DNA of 64,000 nucleotides from Eubacteriales bacterium. Its GTDB lineage: Bacteria; Bacillota; Clostridia; Oscillospirales; CAG-382. The stretch covers positions 5,508-69,507 of the forward strand of contig JAZNMZ010000061.1 of the NCBI GenBank assembly GCA_045580005.1, read 5' to 3'. The position numbers and the translations under genes are program-made. A model generated the notes under the pieces. The model searched no databases. It was not told the origin of the DNA and saw only the letters and a program-made list of their open reading frames with translations. Of this stretch, positions 52,029 to 60,678 are shown piece after piece. Positions within the stretch are counted from its first letter, which is position 1; each line of letters opens with the position of its first letter.

Positions 52029-52439
52029 CTACTTTTCCTTTCTGTTAAGAAGTTCGGTCAGCTCGTCGATATCTCCGTCCGATAAGTTGTCCGAGTCTAC
52101 AAGCGCCGCTATCAGCTTCTGCCACTTACCTCCGCATAGCTTGTCAACAAACGAATCAGCCTCTGCCGTACGGTACTCGTCTTCGGAGATAAGAGGAGTC
52201 AGTATCTTGTGACTCCTCTTATCCTGCGAATGTTCGATCCTTATGAATCCGCGATTACACAGACTTTCAACAAGCGTGTGTATCGCGGATTTTGAACATG
52301 GACGGATCGTCTGCAAATCATTGTATATATCAATGATCATTACCGGACGGTCGTATCTCCACATCACAAGCATGATATCAAGTTCAGCATCGGGAAGTCT
52401 TGCTATTTTTCGTTCTTTTTTCATGTTACACCTCGTCAC
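52029..52439 (-). CDS. blaI: BlaI/MecI/CopY-family transcriptional repressor
   Basis: 136 aa. The winged-helix N-terminus is LPDAELDIMLVMWRYDRPVMIIDIY..L......SKSAIHTLVESLCNRGFI. Located 3 nt upstream of the blaR1-like gene. Confidence 0.88.
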   Translation of the reverse strand: MTRCNMKKERKIARLPDAELDIMLVMWRYDRPVMIIDIYNDLQTIRPCSKSAIHTLVESLCNRGFIRIEHSQDKRSHKILTPLISEDEYRTAEADSFVDKLCGGKWQKLIAALVDSDNLSDGDIDELTELLNRKEK

Positions 52440-52479
52440 ATTATCTAATCTTTTAGATAATTATATCACAATTATCTAA
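52440..52479. promoter_or_regulatory. candidate BlaI operator
   Basis: Perfect palindrome ATTATCTAA tctt TTAGATAAT at 52440-52461, plus an extra half-site ATTATCTAA at 52471-52479. Both lie immediately upstream of blaI. Confidence 0.6.
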
Positions 52480-52544
52480 AGTTTTCAATAGTTTGAGAAA
52501 ATTTCATAGTGTAAACATATTATGAACAACAGACAGTTCTTCCT

Positions 52545-52737
52545 ATATCATTGCATTGATGTATTCAATTTTTCGACGAGAGATTCATTTTACCATACTA
52601 TCAAGGGAAGAGGTGCCGTTATCGGAAAAATCTGCCCGATAAAACCGATTGTGTTCTAATCTCTTCTTCCTACCATTACATCACCCATTTGGTGAAAACT
52701 TTGATTCTGATTTTAGATAGCACTATCACCCCTTTTC
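52545..52737. repeat. right arm of the long inverted repeat, carrying an ~80-bp insertion (52594-52673)
   Basis: See the left arm at 47591-47694. The inserted segment has its own short stems (GGAAGAG/CTCTTCC and ATCGG/CCGAT). Confidence 0.8.
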
Positions 52738-52817
52738 GCCGTTCCTTTGGTAACCCTCAAATAACCCCGCGTCTATAAAAATAAACCGTCCTCTGGTATA
52801 ATAATAGGTGTAAGCGG

Positions 52818-53195
52818 GTGCAAGAATCGAACCGCAAGGCGAAGACCGAATCCCGTATGTGGGTATACTGTGCGGGTAAATATGAGAATCATTCAAACAT
52901 TCTCTTTGAGTACTCTACTACAAGAAGCGGAGACAATGCACAAAAGTTTCTTGCCGGCGATCGCGGCTATCTTGTGTGTGACGGATACGATGGCTACAAT
53001 AAGCTGACCTGTGTCACCCGATGCGGATGCTGGGCTCATGCAAGGCGCAAGTTTGTAGAGGCATTACCGACGGACAAAGAATTACTTGCCACCTGTGCCG
53101 CCGCCAAGGGTGTTGAGATATTAAAATCCATCTCGCACCGTGGGGCTGTCTTATATACGCGATGTGTAACAGATGTTATCGTTTTGGATGTATGA
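52818..53195 (+). mobile_element. IS66-family transposase remnant (internal DDE fragment, pseudogene)
   Basis: SRMWVYCAG..LFEYSTTRSGDNAQKFLAGDRGYLVCDGYDGYNKL..RCGCWAHARRKFVEAL matches the central part of IS66 TnpC. N- and C-terminal parts are missing, and there are no tnpA/tnpB genes or terminal inverted repeats. Confidence 0.7.
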
Positions 53196-53576
53196 GTGAA
53201 TTCTACACTTCGATTCGAACATTTATTTCTTCGGTGCCTATTATGTCTTCAACATATTGACACAATACCAAATTATCTCTATTTTTTAATATATTATAAG
53301 ATATATATGTTTTCTTGGAATCTTTCATTTCAACTTTTTAGGTTGATTATATGTATGCAATTGTTCAATCTCGAGTTGCTCTAAATACATCGTGCTGTGG
53401 GCAACAAAAAGTTTGTTTTTGTTGAAATTATTGTTCCGAGTTTAATTTTTCCTTGTAGTGTCTTTAGTGATATTGTCATTAGACGCTATACGATCACATC
53501 TGCGGACAAATACTCGTGAAAATACGCACAGGTGGGTAGAAATTTGAGTATTTTCAAAATATTTTTTAAAAACCCA

Positions 53577-53605
53577 TTGACAAACCAATAAAAGCGTTGT
53601 ATAAT
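53577..53605 (+). promoter_or_regulatory. consensus sigma-A promoter TTGACA-17-TATAAT
   Basis: TTGACA at 53577-53582 and TATAAT at 53600-53605. It lies about 290 nt upstream of the next sizeable ORF. Confidence 0.6.
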
Positions 53606-53903
53606 ATTAGCATAGAAACAATCAAAAGCCAAAGGTGTGTTCGATAAAGGAAAGGGGCGTGATTTCATGAAGGGCGATGATTTGATTAACATCGCGAAGT
53701 TTGTAGAGATCTCTTCTATTGGGAAGAAAGAGAATAATAAAGAACTTTGACACCCTCACAATCCCAAATTCAAAAATTGTTGGAGGGTAGCGTATACATC
53801 TACCGTCGCGGCAGTGCTTATGCTGAGCCTCAACGGACGGTATTATAATGATGTAGATGCTTAAAAGGCTATATGCGCCTCCATATTAAGAATGGAGTAT
53901 AAT

Positions 53904-54602
53904 ATGAATAACAATCAGCAGCAAAATAAGGAAATAGATATTGGCTTCGATCAAGAGCAACTCGCCTATTTGGTTCGTAAATGCGTTGGCGAATTTTCTA
54001 TAGGTGATTACTCGAGATTGAGCGGCGTTTCAAGATCGTGGATATCAAAAAGCCTCGGAAAACGACTTGAAAGTACCCCTACACAGCGCATCTTGTCTTT
54101 GCTTTACCAGTCAAGTCAAGATCCGAATGTGAGGTTTGAAGAACTCCTTGAATGTTGCGGTAAGGCGCCGGACTTTGCGGCACTTGAACGTGCAACAGCT
54201 AATAGCATTATCAAGATTCAAGCGAAAAAGAATCTTATTCTCGATGTTGGTATCTTTATTAACGCACTTAATGAGATGGATAAAATCGTTAATGATTCGT
54301 TTGAATTAGCTTATCAATCCGATAAATATACTATTAAGACAGGGGATCATTCTTACTTGTGCTATAACGCCTTAATCTATGGGAATACAGATGATGAATA
54401 TAAGAAAAGAAAGCTTTACGATACTGTAATGTTCTTACTTATGTTCGAGGCTACTAAAACTACAGATAATACTACGGAGATATTTGTTCTAATAGACGAT
54501 CAAGAGATCGCCAATAATGTACAGACAGCATTGAAGGCAACTTCCAAGCCGATCTCAATACTATTTACGGACAATTATCTATCGGCATCGAAATTCAATT
54601 AA
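53904..54602 (+). CDS. hypothetical protein with N-terminal HTH-like segment
   Basis: ATG at 53904 lies 7 nt after GGAG (the ORF track starts at 53892). IGDYSRLSGVSRSWISKSLGKR is HTH-like. The C-terminal ~150 aa are unrecognised. Confidence 0.5.
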   Translation: MNNNQQQNKEIDIGFDQEQLAYLVRKCVGEFSIGDYSRLSGVSRSWISKSLGKRLESTPTQRILSLLYQSSQDPNVRFEELLECCGKAPDFAALERATANSIIKIQAKKNLILDVGIFINALNEMDKIVNDSFELAYQSDKYTIKTGDHSYLCYNALIYGNTDDEYKKRKLYDTVMFLLMFEATKTTDNTTEIFVLIDDQEIANNVQTALKATSKPISILFTDNYLSASKFN

Positions 54603-54647
54603 ATAATTGAATATAAATATCAATATCAATAAAGGAGAACATTTGTT

Positions 54648-55037
54648 ATGTGCCAGCATGATAATTATGATCTCCCGGAGCAGCGACATCCCAGCATGTT
54701 AGAAAATGCCCTTTACAATGATCCAAAACTTGAGGAAGCGAGAAAGGAATTTGCATTCTATTTGAAAAATGCAATCCGATGCGCAGAAAAGAGCGGTCGT
54801 TATAGTGAAATCTTGTTTAGAGAACTCACGGATGTGTTTGAAAAGAGTATATCTGTCGCTCAGGAAGGAATACTTGATTTCGTTACCAGTCCATATTTTA
54901 TTTGCTATATGCTTAAAACATGGCTTGAAGGAATTAAAGATGAGTTCCCTGCGGACGAATTTACAAGAATTATTAAGATGACCAATGATCTGATTGAAAA
55001 GGCAAAAGATAACGAAAATGCTGAACTTAACAAGTGA
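54648..55037 (+). CDS. hypothetical helical protein
   Basis: 129-aa ORF with RBS AAAGGAG upstream. No motif recognised. Confidence 0.5.
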   Translation: MCQHDNYDLPEQRHPSMLENALYNDPKLEEARKEFAFYLKNAIRCAEKSGRYSEILFRELTDVFEKSISVAQEGILDFVTSPYFICYMLKTWLEGIKDEFPADEFTRIIKMTNDLIEKAKDNENAELNK

Positions 55038-55724
55038 ATACATGTTCGATCTCGGGGGCAAAACTGCTGTAGCTCTGCAACTCTATAAGAGTTGCAGAGC
55101 GGCGGGTATGAGGTTTTCGAGTTCGAGATTACATAAAAAAGAAGGCGGATAGCCTTTCAAGAAGAGAAGGAGGACTTTGGTAAAGAATCGAAAGATGTTC
55201 TTACTCAAGAATATTATGAGTAAGTATTTGCGCATACATATATACTGTTCTGTTTAATTATTAAATTATCTTTTAAGCATCTAATGCAATATTGCGGGAA
55301 AGATTGCTGAAGGATGCGATCTTAAATTGGAGGTTCAATGAATGGATACAAGGTCTTGCGTGTTCCGAATGGGCTATCGGTATACAGCGAACCGGCTATT
55401 GTTGTATCCGGTCGTGTCAAAGACGAAATAGTTGATAAATGGTCTTTGATCCTGACTGAACTCTGCTAACTATGTACTCGGATTTACAGGGAATAAAGAG
55501 TGCGTAGGCGGAATTAATAGTTGATGGATTTATATGGGATACAACCATATAAATTGGTCGTAAAAAGCAATAATTTTCAGAAATTTACGAATGTACTCAT
55601 AGGTATCATGGGTATAGGATCGCAATAAACGCATTTCATTTATACAAGGATTGCGCCGAACAGTTTGAAGATAATCTTCGCATTGTTCGGCGCGATTAAT
55701 TAGAAACAAGAAGAAGGATGTGAT

Positions 55725-56183
55725 TCATACATCCTTCTTCTTATTAGCTTGCATATGACAATATTCTGCAAAAGACTTGGCTTGTGCGAGGAGCTGATCC
55801 AACTGATCGTCCGTCAGATTCAAAGAAGTAATCAAAACTGTCAATTGATTGATTATCTCTATTTGCTTTGCAGATGCGTCGGCAGAGGAGAGAGGGGATC
55901 CGGTATCGGTTAACGAATATCCCGAAAGCTCCAACAGCCCGTTAGGAGCAACACCCAAAACTTGAGCAAACTTAACAACCAAATCAGAATTGCTTACTCT
56001 GCGATGACCCATCTCGATTTTGGTTATCTGTGTAGGGCTGCAACCTATTTTCTCGGCAAGCTCTACAACTGTCATTTCTTGAGAGCGGCGAAGTTCCCGA
56101 ATACGGAGACCGAGGCGAGGATCAATATCCTTTCTTTTGATCTCATTACCGTTTTCATCATATAATTTGATTCGTTTAGGCAT
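55725..56183 (-). CDS. XRE-family HTH transcriptional regulator
   Basis: 152 aa. LRIRELRRSQEMTVVELAEKIGCSPTQITKIEMGHRRVS is a canonical Cro/C1 HTH. Confidence 0.85.
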   Translation of the reverse strand: MPKRIKLYDENGNEIKRKDIDPRLGLRIRELRRSQEMTVVELAEKIGCSPTQITKIEMGHRRVSNSDLVVKFAQVLGVAPNGLLELSGYSLTDTGSPLSSADASAKQIEIINQLTVLITSLNLTDDQLDQLLAQAKSFAEYCHMQANKKKDV

Positions 56184-56202
56184 GATGTTTTCTCCTTTTT
56201 AG

Positions 56203-56221
56203 ATAGTGAAAAAATCACTAT
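56203..56221. promoter_or_regulatory. palindromic candidate operator upstream of the XRE gene
   Basis: ATAGTGA aaaaa TCACTAT lies 20 nt upstream of the XRE start codon. Confidence 0.45.
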
Positions 56222-56654
56222 GGATATATTGTATCACAATTATAGTCAAAAGTCAATAGTATTATTCAAGAAAAATTACTTCTACGTACCAGAAAGTGCG
56301 AAAAAGTATTGACAAATGCATTTTTTAATGATAAAATATATATGAGCAGCTTTAAGCTAATTGTCCTCTTTTGTGAGGAACAATTTTTTACCTTTGTTGA
56401 TGACATAGAAGTCACGAAAGATGACAATCGACTTGGGCTGTAAATAAAATAATTTATGCCCGATTTAGCTATAAAGGCATGGATACTCATACGGCAATAA
56501 CTTGAGATAGTTATGTGAGTCCAAACAGAGTACCCTTTGTTTCTTATGCCTTAATTCGGGGATTGAGATCGGTGTGCATGTTTGAACCAAGCGCATCGAT
56601 CTTTGTTGTTGTGTGATATTCCTACCTTTTCGCTCGGGCGGAAAGGGAAAAATC

Positions 56655-57338
56655 ATGAAAAACGAAAACATCCGCAACCAAAACGAATTGACCCTCGAAG
56701 AACTCAAGAATATGCTCCCGAAAGTTGTGTGCGAGCGTGTTCCCAAAGCATCTGAGCTGATTAGATGTCAAAGCAATGTTATCGCATTAAAAAAAGTAAG
56801 AGATGTAACGCTGATAGTCTTTGAAAATGGCTTTGCTTTGTATGATGACGGCATTCATTGTACTGTCTTGATTCCCGCTCGCATCCACTATGCCTCTTAC
56901 AAGTATTTCCTTGACGATGAGGAAAAGAAAGAAAAGATAAATCTTAATCCGATTCCGTGGGATTCGGCTCTTATCATGATAGGAGATGAGAGAGTAGAGC
57001 AGGGTAATATGGAAAGGTCGTTAGAGCATCTATGGCTCGATACCGACTTGATCGTGTATAAAGATGATATAGGCGATTCTGTTCAGATCCCTCTTGAATC
57101 CGATGATGACATTCCTTATCAATATATTCGCAAGGAAGAACAAGCAGAGGCGCATCGCATAATTTCGCTACTTTGTTCCGGTCTTACGGAGCTTCAAATG
57201 GAAGTCCTTTATCGACATCTTGTTGAGGAAATGTCGTTCAATGCCATCGCTGGTGAAATGCGTCAATCAAAGCAGAGCGTGTATAGGATTTTTCATCGTG
57301 CTTTCGACAGAATTGAAAAAAATTCAAAAAAATTATAA
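56655..57338 (+). CDS. sigma-70 region-4-like / helix-turn-helix transcription factor
   Basis: ATG at 56655 (MKNENIRNQ). The C-terminal LTELQMEVLYRHLVEEMSFNAIAGEMRQSKQSVYRIFHRAFDRIEK resembles sigma region 4. No clear region 2 is present. Confidence 0.55.
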   Translation: MKNENIRNQNELTLEELKNMLPKVVCERVPKASELIRCQSNVIALKKVRDVTLIVFENGFALYDDGIHCTVLIPARIHYASYKYFLDDEEKKEKINLNPIPWDSALIMIGDERVEQGNMERSLEHLWLDTDLIVYKDDIGDSVQIPLESDDDIPYQYIRKEEQAEAHRIISLLCSGLTELQMEVLYRHLVEEMSFNAIAGEMRQSKQSVYRIFHRAFDRIEKNSKKL

Positions 57339-57339
57339 A

Positions 57340-57930
57340 AAACTCCCCAAAAGGGGGTGACGAAAACGGGGTCTCGACCTATATAGATAGAGGCAAATAA
57401 AAGGTCTCGAAAATAGGGCGGAAATCAACACGGAGAAGTTTGAGATTTTCTCAATTATCCCGTTGAGGTTTCCCTCACACGGAAAGTACGCCCTCCTTGG
57501 TCATTTGAAATTGAATACACATTTGTCAAGTACGTTACTCATATATGCCTCTGCGTAGGAGGGTTAGCCGTGAGATGGGTGCGCCACGAAACTTCCAAAG
57601 GAAGCGAGCGATAAAGCCTACATCAAATAAAATTTTGAAAGCAAGAAATTAGGGCGATGACATGTATGAGGGATAATGATACTTCTGTAGCTTTTATGCG
57701 CAGTTGCCGGAGTACCCGGACAAGGGTGAGATTCCCATGAGGTCGATTTGCAACCGACCGCTTGACAATTTCCCATATCAATATATTATTGATCGCATCA
57801 GGGGGACGAGGTCGAATATGGTGCGTAAAGGATTTCGGGGGTCAAAGGAACTTGCATGAGACATAGCAGGTACTCCCCGAACTCTCCTGATACATAAACA
57901 GACGGCAATAGATTTTGTCTGTAAAAAATT
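57340..57930. ncRNA. ORF-free ~590-bp region with many local and long-range complementary segments (candidate large structured RNA; strand unknown)
   Basis: The track shows no ORF of 60 aa or more on either strand. Stems include 57491-97/57557-63 (CCCTCCT/AGGAGGG), 57592-96/57600-04, 57704-10/57716-23, 57741-45/57755-59, 57834-40/57875-81 (TTCGGGG/CCCCGAA) and 57898-903/57917-22. By eye it is richer in G+C than its flanks. Confidence 0.3.
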
Positions 57931-57949
57931 AATTAAAGGAGAAATGGTC

Positions 57950-58366
57950 ATGACAAGAACAATTTATGAGATCTTGCGTAATTGCAAGGAAGGCGGAGAA
58001 ATCATGTCGCTGGATGATTTCATGCTTTGCATTAAAACCGTTGGTCAGCATATCAAACGCGCGTGTGAGTTTCCTGATGGAAGCATAATGTCCAAGCAAC
58101 ACTTTAAGTTTGCGGACGAGTTGTGTTTCGCAATTGAAGATTGCTTTTCGGACAGAAGCAGTAATCTCGTTAAGTGGTTTCGCGGAATGCCCTGTGAGAT
58201 AGGACATTCGCTTTCGGGTGAAACAATCAAGATCAAAGTTCGCGACGATATTGAAACGATTTACTTTTTCCTGCGCTACTGTATGCTGATAAATCTTCAG
58301 AAGCCGATAGAAAGAGAGGTTTTCAATCGTTTTGCTTCTTTGCTCTGTGCTTATGAGGACGACTGA
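57950..58366 (+). CDS. hypothetical Cys-rich protein immediately upstream of mazF (possible atypical antitoxin)
   Basis: About 138 aa. ATG at 57950 lies 8 nt after AAAGGAG (the track starts at 57944). There is a 23-nt gap to mazF, and no MazE/AbrB or RHH motif was recognised. Confidence 0.5.
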   Translation: MTRTIYEILRNCKEGGEIMSLDDFMLCIKTVGQHIKRACEFPDGSIMSKQHFKFADELCFAIEDCFSDRSSNLVKWFRGMPCEIGHSLSGETIKIKVRDDIETIYFFLRYCMLINLQKPIEREVFNRFASLLCAYEDD

Positions 58367-58389
58367 TATCAGCAAAAGGAGTATCGCTT

Positions 58390-58767
58390 ATGAGCCAATA
58401 CAAGACGAAAAAGGACACCATATGCCGCGGCGATATATACATGGCTAACCTAAACCCGTATAAGGGATCGGAACAAGGCGGCAAACGTCCCGTTATTGTG
58501 ATTCAAAACGATGTCGGCAATAAACATAGTTCTACAGTAATTGTTGCCGCTGTAACAAGTAGATTTTTCAAGAAGCGAACAATGCCCACCCACGTAAGCG
58601 TTATATCGCCTGCATTAGAGAAAAACTCGCAGGTGCTTCTTGAACAGATCAGGACTATCGACAAATCCCGTCTTATTATAAAATTAGGGCGGGTTTCTGA
58701 TGACGAAATGAAAGAGATAGAGCGAGCCTTAAAGATCAGCCTTGCTCTCGGTGGAGATGATGAGTGA
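58390..58767 (+). CDS. mazF: MazF/PemK-family endoribonuclease toxin
   Basis: 125 aa. [45 protein letters not shown]...[12 protein letters not shown] is a textbook MazF signature. Confidence 0.9.
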   Translation: MSQYKTKKDTICRGDIYMANLNPYKGSEQGGKRPVIVIQNDVGNKHSSTVIVAAVTSRFFKKRTMPTHVSVISPALEKNSQVLLEQIRTIDKSRLIIKLGRVSDDEMKEIERALKISLALGGDDE

Positions 58768-58898
58768 TCTGCCCGTTCTTAAGATTGATTCGGAATTTGA
58801 GTCGATAATACCGCCTCTTGATGAGGAAGAATTCAGGCAGCTGACAGATAATATTCTGCGTGACGGTGAGATATATCATCCTATTATTATATGGAATG
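58722..58898 (+). repeat. direct repeat copy B (partner 47690-47866)
   Basis: Spans the mazF 3' end and the first ~50 codons of the intact parB-like gene. Confidence 0.85.
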
Positions 58899-59752
58899 AG
58901 ACCATCGTAGACGGACATCATCGGTATAAGATACTGAAAGCCAATCCGACTTTAAAATACCGTATCGAAGAAAAGGTGTTTTCAAATCGGTATGATGCGA
59001 TTTCATGGATCTGCCTCAATCAGCTTGGGCGAAGAAATCTTTCTCCCATACAAAAGATAGCGCTCATGGGGCGCAGGTACAATGCCGAAAAGGAAAGTCT
59101 CGAAGTAGGACACAGATTTTTGGGAAACCAATACACAAGTTTGCTATGCCCTCAAAATGAGGGCATAGCAGATGGTCACAACAAAACCGCTAAACGGATC
59201 GCCAAAGAAATGGGAGTGAGCCATGCAACTGTTCAAAGAGCCAAAGAATTTGTCGATGGTATGGAGGCTGCCGAGGAGGTTCTTCCCGGCATATCGAGAG
59301 AAATCATATCAGGTAAGATAAAGCCGACTCAAAAGGCAGTTGCCGATATCGCTCGCGCTCCTTCCGAGGAACGAAGGGAGCTTGTAGAACGCTTGCGATT
59401 CAAGGAGCAACTTTCTGATGAACAAAGGGAAGTGCGAAAGCAACAAAGGCTGTTAATACAAACCATATCCGGCGCGGATCACAGACATAACTCGGTCAAA
59501 CGAGATCGCGTAAGTGTAGATAAAATGGTAGAGTCCCTCGCATATACGGTGGATATGATGATTTCCACTTGCGATATGTATTTTCGAGACTATCCCGAAA
59601 TGATAAGTAATCCCGATTACTGTAAAAGAGTGATTGGGATCTTTCTTGAATTTAAAAACTATATTGAAAAAATAGAAAGGAACGACTATGAACAATACAA
59701 ACCTCAAACTCAATTACGATCCGAAATACACGATGAGGATACTGATGAGTGA
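58742..59752 (+). CDS. ParB/Srx N-terminal-domain protein with C-terminal HTH
   Basis: About 330 aa. [44 protein letters not shown] carries the ParB-like DGHHR motif, and the HTH is [21 protein letters not shown]. The start is uncertain (TTG 58742, GTG 58751 or ATG 58757). Overlaps the mazF 3' end. Confidence 0.75.
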   Translation: MLSVEMMSDLPVLKIDSEFESIIPPLDEEEFRQLTDNILRDGEIYHPIIIWNETIVDGHHRYKILKANPTLKYRIEEKVFSNRYDAISWICLNQLGRRNLSPIQKIALMGRRYNAEKESLEVGHRFLGNQYTSLLCPQNEGIADGHNKTAKRIAKEMGVSHATVQRAKEFVDGMEAAEEVLPGISREIISGKIKPTQKAVADIARAPSEERRELVERLRFKEQLSDEQREVRKQQRLLIQTISGADHRHNSVKRDRVSVDKMVESLAYTVDMMISTCDMYFRDYPEMISNPDYCKRVIGIFLEFKNYIEKIERNDYEQYKPQTQLRSEIHDEDTDE

Positions 59753-60485
59753 TGACCTTATTTTTGACAGAGAAGCATATCAAAGAGATAGTAACTATAC
59801 CAAAGTTGCAAAGATCGTGGCTGACTTCGATGAGTATGTTGCAAACGAGCCTAAAGTCAGCAAGAGAAACGGTAAGTTTTATGTCTTTGACGGACAGCAT
59901 ACTGTTTTGGCGCGTGAAACACTGGAAGGAAACAACTCTGTGCCGATCCTCTGTAAAGTATACGAAGATTTAACGATGTGTCATGAAGCAGAGCTTTTTG
60001 CGCGTCAGACAGGCGTTTCTTCTTTACCAACGCATGGGGAACGGCTAAGAGCCAATGTTCTTGCGGGAGATGATGAGTCCATTGATTTTTGCAGAGCTAC
60101 CGAAAGGAGCGGGATTCAAGTAGAGCTTACGGGAAAGAGATACGAATGGCATCTTTCGTGCATCGGAACTGCTATGGCTATGTATCGCCGTCTAGGCGCA
60201 GAATTGTACACAGATGCGCTAAACATAATCGCAGATTCATGGAAAGGGGAAAAGGATTCATTACGATATGAGATTATCAGGGCTGTTTGCGAATTTGTAC
60301 GGCTTTATAAAGGTGAATACAACAGAATGCGCCTCGTCGCTAAACTCTCCCTCACAGACCCTAAAAGCATATGCGATAATATTGCAATAGATCTTATTCG
60401 TCCGCGTAACAAGAAGTATGTTTATCAAATCTATAAAATATATAGCGGAAGCGGAAAAAGATATAAGTTGCCATTGAAGTTTTAG
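59688..60485 (+). CDS. second ParB/Srx-fold-like protein with DGQH motif (DndB/DUF262-like signature)
   Basis: 265 aa. NGKFYVFDGQHTVLARE resembles the DGQHR/DGQQR motif of ParB-like NTPase/nuclease folds. The 5' end overlaps the previous gene by 65 nt. Confidence 0.55.
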   Translation: MNNTNLKLNYDPKYTMRILMSDDLIFDREAYQRDSNYTKVAKIVADFDEYVANEPKVSKRNGKFYVFDGQHTVLARETLEGNNSVPILCKVYEDLTMCHEAELFARQTGVSSLPTHGERLRANVLAGDDESIDFCRATERSGIQVELTGKRYEWHLSCIGTAMAMYRRLGAELYTDALNIIADSWKGEKDSLRYEIIRAVCEFVRLYKGEYNRMRLVAKLSLTDPKSICDNIAIDLIRPRNKKYVYQIYKIYSGSGKRYKLPLKF

Positions 60486-60607
60486 CAACAGAGTATCGTA
60501 TGGCAAAGAAACACCACCGAAAATCTGTCTTGACCGGCAGGACCTGACGGTGGTGTTGTACATAGCCGAAAAACTTGAACAATTACCAAGTTTTTTCGAA
60601 AAAGCTA

Positions 60608-60636
60608 TTGCAATTATTCAAAATATATGGTATAAT
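60608..60636 (+). promoter_or_regulatory. sigma-A promoter TTGCAA-17-TATAAT (extended -10 TGG)
   Basis: TTGCAA at 60608-60613 and TATAAT at 60631-60636, about 40 nt upstream of the ATPase start. Confidence 0.6.
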
Positions 60637-60678
60637 TACTTCGTAAAAAGCGAACTAATAATTATATTGGAGGTAATT

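Noticed and set aside
52808-52818. GTAAGCG at 52810 as a genuine IS66 terminal inverted repeat.
   Set aside because: Transposase-homologous coding sequence starts immediately after it, with no room for tnpA/tnpB. No matching inverted repeat was seen downstream, so it is probably coincidental.
53196-53692. ORFs 53196-53384 (+) and 53486-53692 (-).
   Set aside because: They give AT-rich, Phe/Leu/Ile/Tyr-dominated translations without an RBS. They lie in the debris next to the IS66 remnant and overlap a strong promoter.
57340-57930. tmRNA, RNase P RNA, group II intron or retron msr/msd identity for the ORF-free region.
   Set aside because: I could not find the conserved cores I know for these: a tRNA-like acceptor/T-arm with a tag ORF, the RNase P GGAAAGTCCGGGC-type motif, or intron domain V. 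There is also no adjacent reverse transcriptase. It is left as an unclassified candidate only.
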